Origin: Bugula neritina
Taxonomy: Eukaryota; Animalia; Bryozoa
Assembly: GCA_964035545.1 (NCBI GenBank)
Contig: OZ037767.1
Location: 30,830,628 to 30,894,627 of the forward strand
Length of the DNA: 64,000 nt
Direction of reading: 5' to 3'
In this document: positions 27,481 through 41,500 of the stretch, one piece after another
Numbering within the stretch: the stretch's first letter is position 1
Layout: every line of letters begins with the position of its first letter
Position numbers and translations under genes: made by a program
The notes under the pieces: model-generated
What the model saw: the letters and a program-made list of their open reading frames with translations, nothing else
Told to the model about the DNA's origin: nothing
Database searches by the model: none

Positions 27481-30400
27481 ATGGCTGAAGCAGAACCCAG
27501 GGAGATAGAATGTGGGTTTTGTTTGTTAAAGGAAGGTCTTGAGAACCCAAAGTCTCTACCCTGTGGTCACATACATTGTTTAGTTTGTCTAACTAGAAAT
27601 GTTGATGTGAATGATCTGATCAGATGTCCTTGGTGCAGGTAAATTATATTTCATACTATGCTATTCTCAGACTACAAGTGTATCTATTTAACTTCATAGT
27701 GTGACTCTGATTCATGTTGAGTGTACTTTCTATTATATTCGGCATTATAATAGTTTGTATCTTTATGTGTTACAGAGAAGTGTTTGATGTGAGTATAGAG
27801 ACTCTGCCTTCTGCTGATGTAGAGGACAACTCCACATCATGCACTGTCTGTACTAAGAAGGGGATAAAGAATATCCCAGCTGTGATATACTGTACTGTGT
27901 GCAGTAAACTCTTTTGTGAGAAACATAGAGAGGTACTTTAATGTTGATTATCTTGTTTGAACAATTGAAACTGTGTAGAGAATGAAACCAGACAAAAACA
28001 CCTGCCTTCCTGACATTCGATATATGTGACCTGGCACCACAAAACAAGGGATGTATATAAAATGTTGAAAACCTAGTTATTACTATGGAGTGATAGAGCA
28101 GACTTTTTCAAACATTTTGCACTTTATTTGAAGTCTCTAGCATAAATAGAACTCGAGATATTAATATTTAAAAACCTTAACGTTTTTAGAATTTCTAAAT
28201 TACTGTTTCGAGAAAATCGCATTTAAAGTTGGCAACTCTAGAATAAGTTGAGAATTATTTGTTTACAATTTACAAGCCTTAGCAACGGGTCTTTGTATAA
28301 TAGGAATGGTGACAAATTTGGTACCAAAATAATTGTGAAAATTTGGGCTTTCTGTTAAACTAAATTTTATGCTGCCTCAATTTAAAATTAGGTCAAATAT
28401 GGCCGCCAAACTTTTTGTCTAATTCATTTGTCAATTTGCTTTTTATTTTGTTTATTTAATGAAAGGTTTAACAATTCCAGCAAAGAAGAGGATGTTTCAG
28501 CAAGTTTGTGTGTTGAGATATTTAAATTAGGCATCCAAGTCAGCAGGAAGTCATATAAAACAAAATGGCAGCTGCTTCCTGTTATACATTGAATATCTTC
28601 CTCTCCTCTAATATATTGTGTAATATATCAAACTGCAGCTATTGAGCTGTGCTGTTTCATAGTTATTGCTTAATGAGTAGAACACTTATGAGAAAATTAT
28701 TTGACTATTATGAGATCATTCGAGATTCATTCATAAATATCTTTATAATCTCTAACGGCAACTAAATTTAGCAATTGATGTTGAAAATATAAACATAAAA
28801 TCAGCTATTAGAACGTTTGAGTTTTATTAGGCATTAATATTCACATTTAAAACATCAAACACATTATTTTAAAAAATTAATTAAATGCAGTAAAAAATCC
28901 AGCCTGGATACAACCATTGTGCTTGAATTAACTCTAATCAAGAGAAGAAAATTAGGTAGCTTCTACGGTTTTTGCAAAAAAGGCACTTTTCATCTTTCTA
29001 CTTCCTTGGTCTTCATAATATGAGTTTACGGAGTATGAACACATAACATCATGTGTGTGGCAAAAGCTTCATCACTATCATCAGCTGATTTTCTAACAAT
29101 TATAGATGCTGCTACTTGACATCCATCCTGCCAATCTACCCATCTATTGTCTATTCCAGAGCTGCAAGTACAATGTTGACTTTTTTAAATAACAAAAGAA
29201 AACGGTAGCTTGATGAGAAACTATACGCAGTTATATTATAAAAATTTAGTTGGTTAAACACTCTTGTGGTACTACTATAGCAGCAGTTAATTGTCATCCT
29301 GCATTTTATCAACATTTAAATTTATTGAATTAAACAGAACAATTTAAATTAAAAAAATTGTTGAAAATTTTCAAGCACATCATTAAAAGACTGCAAACCT
29401 TTTTATGAATGAAATAAGCAGAAGCCATAACCTTGCAAGCCAAAATTCAGAGTGTCTACATTAGAAGTATTAGATTGATAGGTAGTAGAGTTGTGTAGGT
29501 TTAAGTCTTCACTCTAATGCTCTCATAAGTCCACTTTCTAAAATGTACAGAATATCGGATTATTCTATATTAACATAGTATTATCAGTAAAATTACACAT
29601 TATGCACTTGAATATCTAGCATATCTGCAATTGGCAATTTTGAAGCAATGTCTATTAACCACTCAAGCATTTAATTGAGTAAAAAAGCTAGCTAAGTGCA
29701 ACTGAATCTATTACAGACATTTACTATAAAATCAATTTGAATTCAATAAATTACTTTAAAATATGAATAAATTTTTGCTCATCCTTTATAATAAAATTAA
29801 AAAGTTTAGACTATTTATGCATTCAGTTAGTGTTACTACTCACTAAATAAGACTAAAAGTAACTTACTGAAGAACTAAGTCAGTCAACTATAGAATTACC
29901 ATGAACTCGCATTAATATTTCATCATTATACTCATTTACATTTAATCACATTTACCATTTCAATTTGGTTAGAGGTGATGCTTTTATCAATATAAATAGG
30001 GTTATCAATTGAGCTTTGACAGTAACTGTAAGCCTGCATAATGTGATAAATATTTTATCATTATGTTTTAAATAAAACTTTAAGCTAATTTAAAAATCAC
30101 AAAAGGAACCGTTAATCGTAACAGTAATCAGTAACTGTATTGACAAAATCTAAGACAGAGGCTAAAAGTTACTAAGAGTAATTCTAATGTAAATTTAAAT
30201 ATCAACTATAAAATAAATCAATAAATATAATACTATCAGTATGAGTATCAAGTGCTTACGCTAATCTAGTGGTCTAACGTGATTGCATCTTCAAGTAAAT
30301 CAAGTAAGTAAGGCGAAACTCAGAGTCAGACTCAAATAGTGAATTTAATTATTAATCATTACTTAAGTTATGCTATTAATATTAATGAGCTACATTTGGT

Positions 30401-33400
30401 TTTACTGCCAAATACCAGTATCAGCAAATCATGAATGATATTCATTATGATTATCATTATGAGTAACCGTACCTCAAACTGTGAGTCATAGTGAGTCATT
30501 TAAATAGTTACTAATATAGAATAGACATACTCCTAGTGATATTCATATTATCAGTATGAATATTAATAAGAAAATAACTACAAATAATCCTAGCAACAAT
30601 TCTAAGTTAGTAGCGTAAATGATGGTTTTGAGTATAATTACCTGCATTGTTGTGATTTTCAAGCTTGAACGCTAAAGATAAAGATTAAGTTTAGCATTTA
30701 TCACCAAAGGGCAAAACAGCTCAGTAACTTAAAAGCTAACTTCGGATGGAGCACGATGAAAAACTAAAACTAGCCTTCGATTTTAAATACGATGCTTCTG
30801 ACAATGCGAAGAAAGAGGTGTAAGCTAAATTCATTTGATAAAAAATAAATTTGCAAGATCTCATGCTATGAAAATGACTAAAATTGTCTTCTTTCTTTAC
30901 TTGATAACTTCGCAATTTTTTCATCATTTAAAAAATTGAATGCCTTAGTTACCAACTTTAAATGCAATTTTAGAGCTGAAGGAATCATCAAATGCTTACG
31001 AAAGTATGATTTTTGAAATCCTTGGATTTTTTTGTATTAGAAAAGTTCAAAACCTAAAAACTGGAAATTAATTTCAAATTTAAGTATTTCCAAATTAAAC
31101 CTTCATTTACTACACTTTATAAACGCCGCCACATCCCCGGTTTTGTCGCGACTGGTCACATATTTTCTAGGCCCATGATGACTTAAATGATGATCACCAG
31201 CAGTTGACCATATCAGAATACAGAATACAAGCTAAGAGACTGGAAAGAAAAGTTTGTTCTAAACATACAGATTACCAAATATCTCAGGGATGTAAACTCT
31301 GTGCTCAACTGTTTTGTGTGCAGTGTTTATCTCAGGCCGACTCTTGTGTTGGAGGTGAAATTTTTATATTGCTCCTAATACTATTTATTCACATTTAGTG
31401 TGCATTATAATTTGAAAAAAAAATTAAATGTACTCTATTATGACTACAACATTCTTGTCTGTTGGCTGGAATTAGTTACTCACACCTAGTAAATGAGATT
31501 TTATATATACAAATTATAGCAAATTGGTAGCAAAATTTTGGGTCGTCTCACTGGAAGTCGTCTAACTGAAATGACACCCAAATCATTGTGGATTCTGTGA
31601 CTGTTTTATCCTGTAACATTAACTGTAGTTTAGTAATACATTTCCAGGTTCACTACATGACATGGCTGGGTTAGATGACCTCATCAAGGAACTGGTGAAT
31701 GTAGAAGAACTGATTACTACAGAAGACAAAGTATCTTCTCTATTCAAACAACTTTCTAAAACTATATCTGACTTTGATACTGAAACAGGAGAGTTACTAG
31801 ACATTCTCCATACACAGCGTGATGAACAGGTGTGATTGATATCACATTTTCTAGAATGTGTTTGTTTCCTGTCACACCGTGTAAAGGTTTTAATGGTTTA
31901 CTCGTATGTTTTAGTTGGCTGAGGTGAGACTAAAGTATGAGAAACTTGAAGAGGAGTTCTTAGCTAGTAGAAAGAAAACTAAAGATGCACTGGATGCACA
32001 CATGGAGAGAGAAGTTGGAACTGTTTTGTCTGAACTGAGTAAAAGTAGAATGAAGATAGAAGCTCACCTCAGACAAAACAATCAGGTGTGTAGAGTTGAA
32101 TTACAAGTAACTTGTGTTGAATCATTGAGTCTGGGTTAAAATTATGTGATGATTGTATCGCATGATTATCTGCTGTACATGAAAACAATTTTGTTTTGGT
32201 GAATAAATGTAAATTGTTGAATTGATAGGATAGTGTGAAGAATCTGGAAATATTTTCAAGATTTTGAGAAAACCCCTGAGTGAACTGATGTTCCACTAAT
32301 GACTAAAGTACAAGTATATTTCATAGTTAGATGTTAAAGGGATGATTTCTGAACTCCTGTTTGGTTTTATATTCCAAAAAGCAGTTTCAAAAAAGAAGCT
32401 TAAAAATGTTTATGTTGATATTTATTCTCTCTATTGAATATTTTCTGATTGCTGGAGAAGTTTTATTAAAATTTTCCAATCAAATTTAGAAGCTGGTTTA
32501 GCTGTGTGGCTATTTTAGGTCTGTAAAGGCACATATTGCATGTTTTTATTAACTATCAGTGAGTCAGTGATATTCACTGAGTAGATTTTTTAAAGTTTTT
32601 ATTCTGCATTAAACAAGAAAGAATCAGTTTTAATTTCACATTATTGTTGCTAATCTTCATGTAATTATAGTTGATCTCTACTCACAGGTGGATCTAGTTG
32701 AAGGATATGCAGAGATTAAGGATAGAATACAGAGACTTGTATCTGTTGAAATACCTGAACTAGAACTGTGTGATGTCATGACTCTAGAAGTCAAAGGTTA
32801 GTTGGTACAAGCTGACTATTATATGTTCATGTGGTACTGTGTTACTGAATCACCGGCTTTCCATGTACCGATCTCAGATCGATCTTAGCGAGATCGATCC
32901 ATGGAAAGACGCCAAAGATCCATCTCCGTTGATCTGAGCTGGTCGGTCTGTGGAGCTCGAACTCAGATCGATCTCATGTCAATAAGACCATGGAAAGACG
33001 CCAGATCGATCTGAGAAGTAGAAAAAGACTGCGCGCTACAATGTTGTCTGCTAATAAAAATGACAACTTATTGATAATTACTAAGCAAAGTATTAAATAA
33101 TTATGATAGCCACCTTTTCAGATGCCAAAACTTTGACTTTCAGTATAATGATTAAGAAAACTCAATTATATGCAGTAAAAGGTAAAAAAATGCGAGAATT
33201 TAAATTGAATTTAAATGACTATTAAAACTTAGTTTCATTATAGCTATTTTCTTTGCAATTTTAAGCCTAACAGTCCTGTAAGTTTATTAATAATCTGCAA
33301 GACAGCCATTAATTTTATATAAGCTGTCAAGCTAAAAACTTAAAATTAATTATTTTAAATTGGCCAAATTACCATACACTGAAAGCTTTGCTGCGTATAG

Positions 33401-35564
33401 TTTATAGCTGGGATTAAATTTTAGCTTACTACCATCTTGTTTTCAACAGTAGTAGCTTTAATCACTCAAATAGGTGGACAAATTATACTTTTAAAGTATC
33501 CTTCACTTAAGAGGAGGCAACTTCGCGAGTTCGATCTGACACTCTCATGGAAAAACGATCGATCTGAGATCGGTACATGGAAAGCCCGTGAATATGTTGT
33601 ATTTATGTTTACTATCTACATCATAGTCAATCTATACTCTCTTATATTAATTACTAGATTTAATTGTATAGGAAAGATAGAACGTTACAACTCTTGTGTA
33701 GAATACAATAACCATACATACCAGTTTACTAACATTACTTCTACTTGTCATATGATACAGTGTAGAGATCTTTGTATATACTTCCTATAATTTTATACAA
33801 GTTTGTGTATTCTTTGAAACCCCAGCGTTGAACTGTCATAATATTTTCTGCTACTATATAATATATTCACTGCTATTATATAATATATTTACTACTATTA
33901 TATAATATATTCACTACTATTATATAATATATTCACTACTATTATATAATATATTCACTACTATTTTATAATGTTATGTTAACTGCTATTATATAATAGA
34001 TTTCCTACAAACGCATCCTATTTCTATATTCTTTATCACTCCATGTTGAACTATAATGTTATCTTTCTTATTATATAACATTATCTTCACTACTGTTACA
34101 TTACATTATATTCTCTGTTCTTTTATGATATATTATTTCCATCACTAACATATAGTACTATCTTCACTATTATTATATAATGTTATATTTTCTGCTATTA
34201 TATAATGTTATATTCCCTACAAATAGTATAGTATAATAATTGTGTTTAAGTAGTAGATTCAGTACTATTTTATAATATATTTGATTTATGCTATTATTTA
34301 ATTTAGTACATTTATATATACTTTACAGAGGAGAAGAGAGACATAGAAGTAGATATAGTTTCTACAGCAGACGTATCTATTAGTTTGGGTCAAGGAGTGC
34401 CAACTTCAACTCTTCCTAATTCTCTCAAACTCCTACAGTCTGTTGATGTTTCTACAAATTGTTGGCCAGTTTGTAGATATGAGGGTAACACTTATGTAGG
34501 ACTGCCTGATAGACTAGACAGAATAGATGAGAACTATAATGTTACTCAGTCATTTGTTACAGTCAGGGGTGTTGTGTTTGGTCTTACAGCATATAAAGAT
34601 CAGCTGTATAGTTTAGTACGAGTTGGCAATACTAGTTGGAAGGTAAATGTGTATGACTTTAGTGGGAATCAGGTGACCAGCTGGTCTCATAGTGATAATA
34701 TTGGGATTAGCAATAAACTTGTTATAGTTGATGATCAGGTTGTAGTCCCTGATAGACCAAGTAAAAGACTCACAATCTACTCTCTTACTGGGGAGGTAAT
34801 TAAACAAGTGCCCTGCTCTCTACTTGGTAACAATTGGGTAGCTATATGTGCAGCAGACAGACATTGTGTAGTAGTTACTGATAACAATTCCTCTCAAGTA
34901 TTTAAGTTAGACCTGACAACAGAGAAAGTCATCTGGACATGTAAAGATGTGACTAGACCACAAGGTGTGACCTGCTATAGAAGTAAATATATTCTTGTGA
35001 CTAACTACAGCAGGAGAACCACTATCTGGATACTGGATGTGAAGACAGGTTAGTTGGTGTTTATTCTACCACATGGGAAGCTCTTGTACACATACTATAG
35101 TTGGTTGGCATGTATGCTCTCAGTTTAACCTTTAGATGGAAGCTATTACATGCTATATTATCACATTATATTATTACTAACAATGTATATGGTAGCTATG
35201 AAGTATAAAAAACCTTTGTTAAATATAATGCAGTATAACTTTATACTCATTACATATAATATTATCATATATAATATAGTATCTTATTAACAGAGTATAC
35301 AGTAGCTAGAGAGTATTGAAATCCTCTGTCTCATATAATATAGTATAATCCTGTAGTGGGGTCTTTGTTGACATAACAATAGAGAAAGTAATATGTTAAA
35401 TAAAGAATATTACATCATTTCCTGTTACAGGCACACAGTTGACTAACATAGAAGACGCAACTGTTAGAGAGAATAGTTATGTACTTGATCTCCATGTATA
35501 TAGAGACACTCTGATTGTACCCAGATGTAATGAGAAGAAAATTCTGTTTTACCAGCTGAAATAA
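27481..35564 (+). CDS. TRIM-like copy 5 (604 aa) with two intronic transposons; exons 27481-27638, 27776-27932, 31171-31354, 31648-31829, 31915-32085, 32688-32796, 34329-35048, 35431-35564
   Basis: Intact spliced frame; intron 2 expanded by 3.1 kb and intron 6 by 0.74 kb. Confidence 0.88.
28025..31160. mobile_element. 3136-bp non-autonomous TIR DNA element, superfamily unresolved
   Basis: Imperfect 30-bp TIRs TGTGACCTGGCACCACAAAACAAGGGATGT / ACATCCCCGGTTTTGTCGCGACTGGTCACA. TSD is TA (or ATAT); removal restores the acceptor spacing seen in copies 3 and 6. Confidence 0.85.
32851..33590. mobile_element. 740-bp MITE with CAC...GTG termini and 3-bp TSD (AAT), CACTA/Chapaev (CMC)-like
   Basis: 34-bp TIR CACCGGCTTTCCATGTACCGATCTCAGATCGATC (1 mismatch), subterminal CCATGGAAAGACGCCA repeats; empty site TACTGAATATG in other copies. 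Confidence 0.9.
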
Positions 35565-37196
35565 ACAGGTATTATATAACACTGTATTTTTATAGTCAAA
35601 GGGGATCTCTTATTATATTCAATATAATATATTGATAAATATATTTCATGCTGAGGCTTTAAACCTGTAAATTACAGAATTTACTCCTTGTTTTCATTTG
35701 CTCATATAATGTTATCCTCTAATCTTTTCACTGCTGTCAATCTTTATCTCAGCAAATGAAGTTTTATAATCTACGACAATATTATTCCATATGATAGTGT
35801 AATGTACTTCCTGTTATGTTGATACTCACATCTGATTGGTGTATGTTGTAGGTCATGTGGAGATAACCCTTACACTGTGTCAAAATGCTTGCTAGTTCTC
35901 GAGTACACTTGAGAATATCTTAGGAGTTGTCTTCTTACTCTTAGAATGTCTCAGTCAGTGCCAACTGTTTATATTAAATATTGTTTAGTAAATTGTAGCA
36001 ATTTCCTAATATTTGTCTTTTACTTACCACTTGGTTCTTTGATATTGAAAACAATATTTTACAATACTAGCCATTATATACTGATAGTGAAATGATAATT
36101 GCATTTTGTTCGGGTAAATACATGTAGGTTTGCATGCAGTTACTGGCTTTATTATACATTATTATATCATTTGTAATTTGCTGAACAAAAATTTATAATA
36201 TAATTGTTTCTTTTCCATTTTTAACTTTATTGTTTTTTACTTTCAAAAATTCTTTTGACAACTGTTCTAGTGATTGAGGTTGCTTGTAACAAATTTTGGT
36301 TGCAGCACCTAACGTTTTATGGAAAGCTTGTGATTGAGATTTCTTCAAATGCAATATAAATAATTATTATGTTCCTGTTTGCTTACTTCTTGACGTGCAC
36401 TAGTTCCACCCTAAATCTAATTGTAGGCAAAATTATTGAGTTGGTTGTATATTGAACAATATGATTCTTCAGCAGTTTAAAAATTGATGTTTTCAATTCC
36501 TTTTTATTAGTAAGATTTCGAAGCACAAATCACTTGAATGCTGCAACTAATGAGAACTCATGAACTCACTGACAATTATCATGTAACTCACACATCCATA
36601 TTCATGTATGATTCACATTGTAGCAGGTATATGCAGTGTACAGCAGGTGTGCACAATTTATCAGAAGTGCACTCTAGTAGATGTACATACTGTAGCAAAC
36701 GTACAGTTTATATCTTACAAATTTTGTGGTTGTGAAAAACTTTAACCACGAGTTTTCCTTTCAACTGTTACAACATTCCTACATATTTTTTAATATACAA
36801 ATACAGCTTATAAAGAAGACAAGTCTAAAAGAGTGATAGCTAGACTATCAATAAGTTAGTTGAAATTGGTGATTAGCATCAGTTGTGAACATGAAATAGT
36901 AAATATGAACTTGTTTTGTGCACTACTGCTGTAGCAAGTAAATGCTATCGACTTTTACTCAACAAACTCTTTTGATCAATACTATATTTGCAGAATGTAC
37001 TTACATGTTTAGCAAATATATATTTATACGATAGTACACGCACACGCACACACACACAAACACACATCAAACTTATAACCATCAGACTTTAGAGAATTAG
37101 ATATTGCATTGTGCTGGGCAAAAAAGACTAGAGTTGTCATCCCTTAGTGACCATAAATTAATTTTCGCGACTGCAAGCTGCGAAAACACCGTTGTT

Positions 37197-37277
37197 ACTT
37201 CCGGTGGGGAATCCCCAAATAAAATTCTCAGTTGAAGTTTGATGGAGAAATAGGGAAGTTGAATATTGGCAAATACT
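37197..37277 (+). promoter_or_regulatory. ETS (ACTTCCGGT) + NF-kB-like (GGGGAATCCCC, 37206-37216) sites and non-coding exon 1 with shifted donor (GTAAGT at 37278), copy 6
   Basis: Both motifs are consensus matches; the donor used by the other copies reads GG at 37254-37255. Confidence 0.65.
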
Positions 37278-38549
37278 GTAAGTTGTTATATCAATTTATG
37301 CTTGTACCTTTGGCCTTAAAATCTCGTAATATTTTTATACCCGAATTGAAGGTTTTTTGTGACTAAATTATTATCAATAGATGTGAACTCGACATTGGCC
37401 TTGGGACTGAGGTTCGCTGCACAATTTCAACTTCAAGTTGTACTACAGTTATGAGTTAATGTTATAAGTCTAAGACCGAAGTTTAGTTTTATTTTGATTG
37501 TAAAGTGATCAGTATTAATAATAAATATAATATGATTATTGCTAATTCGTTGTCTTAATACAGACCTCGTTCGTGTTTTACTCTCATAGTGATTGTCTTC
37601 AGGCCTTAGATTCTTTCAGATATACTAATACTAATACTTATAAGTTATATCTTTCAACAATTCAGTAAATTGACCTATACTTAAAGTTTATAGATGTTAC
37701 TACTCAAATATACAAGTTATTTTAATTAGACGAGCATTAGCTTAAGAATTAGCGTGAAAGCTATTTTTGTTCTGAGTTTAATATTCATATTGACAATTGT
37801 AATAGATAGTATATTATGGGCTTCCACATTTTTACAGTTTCTTTGCATAAAAAGTAGCTACCTAATTTTGTGAAAAAAAGTGCTCCTCAGTTAATAAAGT
37901 TTTCAGCCAGCATGTTAACAAAGAGCGTTGCCTGCTGCATTGTGCAACTCTCTTTTTTAGTCAGATGAATGAGAAACGTATGAATGTTACTTAAACAAAG
38001 TATAACTTCTTACTTTCTAACTGATGGTTAAGCATCTATCATTAATATCGCATTTCTATCTTTGTACCACAAATATTTACATAAACATGTAATAAGTAGA
38101 CAATTCTATTCCCCTAAAATGAGTTGGAACAGCAGATAGTGTTTCATACTTTAGTGTCTTAAAGAGTATGGTTTTTGTGTCATTCTGCTAGAGTTTGAAG
38201 CACTAAATTTGTTCCTGTTATGTGATATTATCTACTCTATTCTTTTTAGAAATAATTTGACAAGCTTTATATTAGGTTGATTTTATACTCCTAAGTCCAC
38301 AGGTACTCAACATAGAAGTAATCTTAATATATCAGATAATTAGTTCTTTTAGTCTTTTTTGCTTTCTAAATACTCACTTCACATGAACTAACCATGTATT
38401 TCCGTGATAACTGAGTGAATACAGCTATAGCTGTGACTACTAGTTAATCTAATATATACACATAATCTTGTAAACTCTTCAGTTTTTTTTTATAAAAATT
38501 AACTAATGTATATTTATTTTAGTTATTCGGACACATTTATTGAAACAAG

Positions 38550-41500
38550 ATGGCTGAAGCAGAGCCCAGGGAGATAGAGTGTGGGTTTTGTTTGTTAAAG
38601 GAAGGTCTTGAGAACCCAAAGTCTCTACCCTGTGGTCACATACATTGTTTAGTTTGTCTAACTAGAAATGTTGATGTGAATGACCTGATCAGATGTCCTT
38701 GGTGCAGGTGAATTATATTACATACTATGCTATTCTCAGACTACAAGTGTATCTATTTAACTTCATAGTGTGACTCTAATTCATGTTGAGTGTACTTTCT
38801 ATTATATTCGGCATTATATGTTACAGAGAAGTGTTTGATGTGAGTATAGAGACACTGCCTTCTGCTGATGTAGAGGACAACTCCACATCATGCACTGTCT
38901 GTACTAAGAAGGGGATAAAGAATATCCCAGCTGTGATATACTGTACTGTGTGCAGTAAACTCTTTTGTGAGAAACATAGAGAGGTACTTTAATGTTGATC
39001 ATCTTGTTTGAACAATTGAAACTGTGTAGAGAAGGAAACCAGACAAAAACACCTGCCTTCCTGACATTCAATATCTTCTTTAGGCCCATGACATTGTTAG
39101 TGATGACCACCAGCAGTTGACCATCTCAGAATACAGAATACAAGCTAAGAGACTGGAAAGAAGAGTTTGTTCTAAACATACAGATTACCAAATGTCTCAG
39201 GGGTGTAAACTCTGTGCTCAACTGTTTTGTGTGCAGTGTTTATCTCAGGCCGACTCTTGTGTTGGAGGTGAAATTTTTATATTGCTCCTGATATTATTTA
39301 TTCACATTTAGTGTGCATGATAATTGGGAAAAAATATTTACTATACTCTATAATGACTACAACATTCTTGTCTGTTGGCTGGAATTAGTTACTAGAGTTG
39401 CCTCACACCTAGTAAATGGGATTTTATATATACAAATTATAGTAAATTGATAGCAATATTTGTGGTCGTGTAACTGAAATGACACCCAAATCATTGTGGA
39501 TTCTGTTAATGCTTTATCCTGTAAAATTAACTGTAGCTTAGTAATACATTTCCAGGTTCAGATCATAAAATGCTCAGTCTGGATGACCTCATCAGGGAAC
39601 TGGTGAATGTAGAAGAACTGATTACTACAGAAGACAAAGTATCTTCTCTCTTCAAACAACTTTCTAAAACTATATCTGACTTTGATACTGAAACAGGAGA
39701 GTTACTAGACATTCTCCATACACAGCGTGATGAACAGGTGTGATTGATATCACATTTTCTAGAATGTGTTTGTTTCCTGTCACACCATGTAAAGGTTTTA
39801 ATGGTTTACTCGTGTGTTTTAGTTGGCTGAGGTGAGACTAAAGTATGAGAAACTTGAAGAGGAGTTCTTAGCTAGTAGAAAGAAAACTAAAGATGCACTG
39901 GATGCATACATGGAGAGAGAAGTTGGAACTTTTTTGTCTGAACTGAGTAAAAGTAGAATGAAGATAGAAGCTCAACTCAGACAAAACAATCAGGTGTGTA
40001 GAGTTGAATACAAATAACTTGTGCTAAATAGTTGAGTCTAAAGAACACAGTATTGTGCAAATGGCGCAACATTACTCAAGTTGTTAGAGTTTTATTTTAT
40101 ATTTTCAAACAGTCTCTAGGTTTGCTTGTAAAACATTGTTTGAACTGGTTTTAAAATTATATGATAATTGTATCAAATGATTATATGCTGTACTTGAAAA
40201 CAGTTTGTTTTGGTGAATAAATGTAATTTCTTGAATTGATAGGATAGTTTGAAAAATGTGGGAAATATTTTCAAGATTTTGAGAAACCCTTAAGTGAACT
40301 AATGTCCCACTAGTGCAGTGGTTCCCAACCTTTTTCATACTATTCCCTCCTTTCATAATTATTTACTATTAATTTCCCCCCTTTAAAAGAGCGAAAATAT
40401 TTTATGACTTACTGAATGAGAATATATATGAAACAATGCAATATATTTTGTTCTATTATATTTGCATATCCTATGATTAAGATAACATTATTATTATCGT
40501 TATGAAACACAGAGCAGTTCAGTTATTAATGTTATGGCTGCAGCTGATAATATTGTGCCAGCTTGCTTACGTCTGGCTCTGTGTTTGATCAGGCCCATCT
40601 TAGGTCACCTTGCAGGTTGAGGCAGTTTCTCTTCTCTTTGAATTGATGAGAGTCCTACCTCAGACAGATAGGTGGTGCTGGATGGCACCAAAAATCTGCT
40701 TTGTCAGTTATGTGTGGGAAGAGTTTGCTTGTTGAAACTCACGATTATTTTAGGTAAAACTGGTGCATGTAAAAATGGCACAGGTAATAATGGCACAAAT
40801 GGAAAATTAAGTAGAAACGACACACCGATGTTATATTATTACAAACTCAAACCCCAAACTCTCCTCTCTAAGCCCCCAACCCTTGAACATCTACCCTACA
40901 CTTCAGAACTCCAAGTACAAACCCTAAATCCTCACCTCAAAACCTTCTTTCAAACTCCAAACCCCCACCCCAAAATTGAAAACATATGCCATTTTTTCCT
41001 ACTTTTCCATTTGTGCTATTATTACCTGTACCATTTCTACTGGACGCTAACCCACAATACATCAACTTGAGAAAATTTCCTGTCACCCTTCATTGCTGAA
41101 TTGTGAACCAACTCAATATAATCCTCCTGTAACACCTCTGAAAACTTGTCAACAAACCGTTGCAATGGGTCACATGTCAAGTTGAGAATCTAGCTCTTTC
41201 TTTGTCGGAGGTAGCGCAGAGAAATGCCTTTAAAAGTCGATTAAAATTTCAGAGAAATGCCTAGAAAGATTTTTAGAAAACGATCTGGAACAGTTGGTGT
41301 CCAGGGAAAAAATGGCAGATAATAATGGCACAAATGGAAAATTAAGTAAAAATGGCACATTTTCAATATTAGCATTGTAGATTTGAGTTGGGGGGTCAGG
41401 CATTCAGGATGGCGGGTTTGGGTTTGGCAAATTCTAACACCAGTATGCATTTTTACCTGTGCCATTTTTACCTACAATCGTAACAGGTTCTTCTCCTGTA

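Noticed and set aside
28900-29170. Possible transposase exon inside the 3.1-kb element
   Set aside because: Only a ~44-aa minus-strand frame with no recognisable motif.
40672-41070. 132-aa ORF in the hAT element
   Set aside because: Spans a nested foldback repeat and runs opposite to the transposase remnants.
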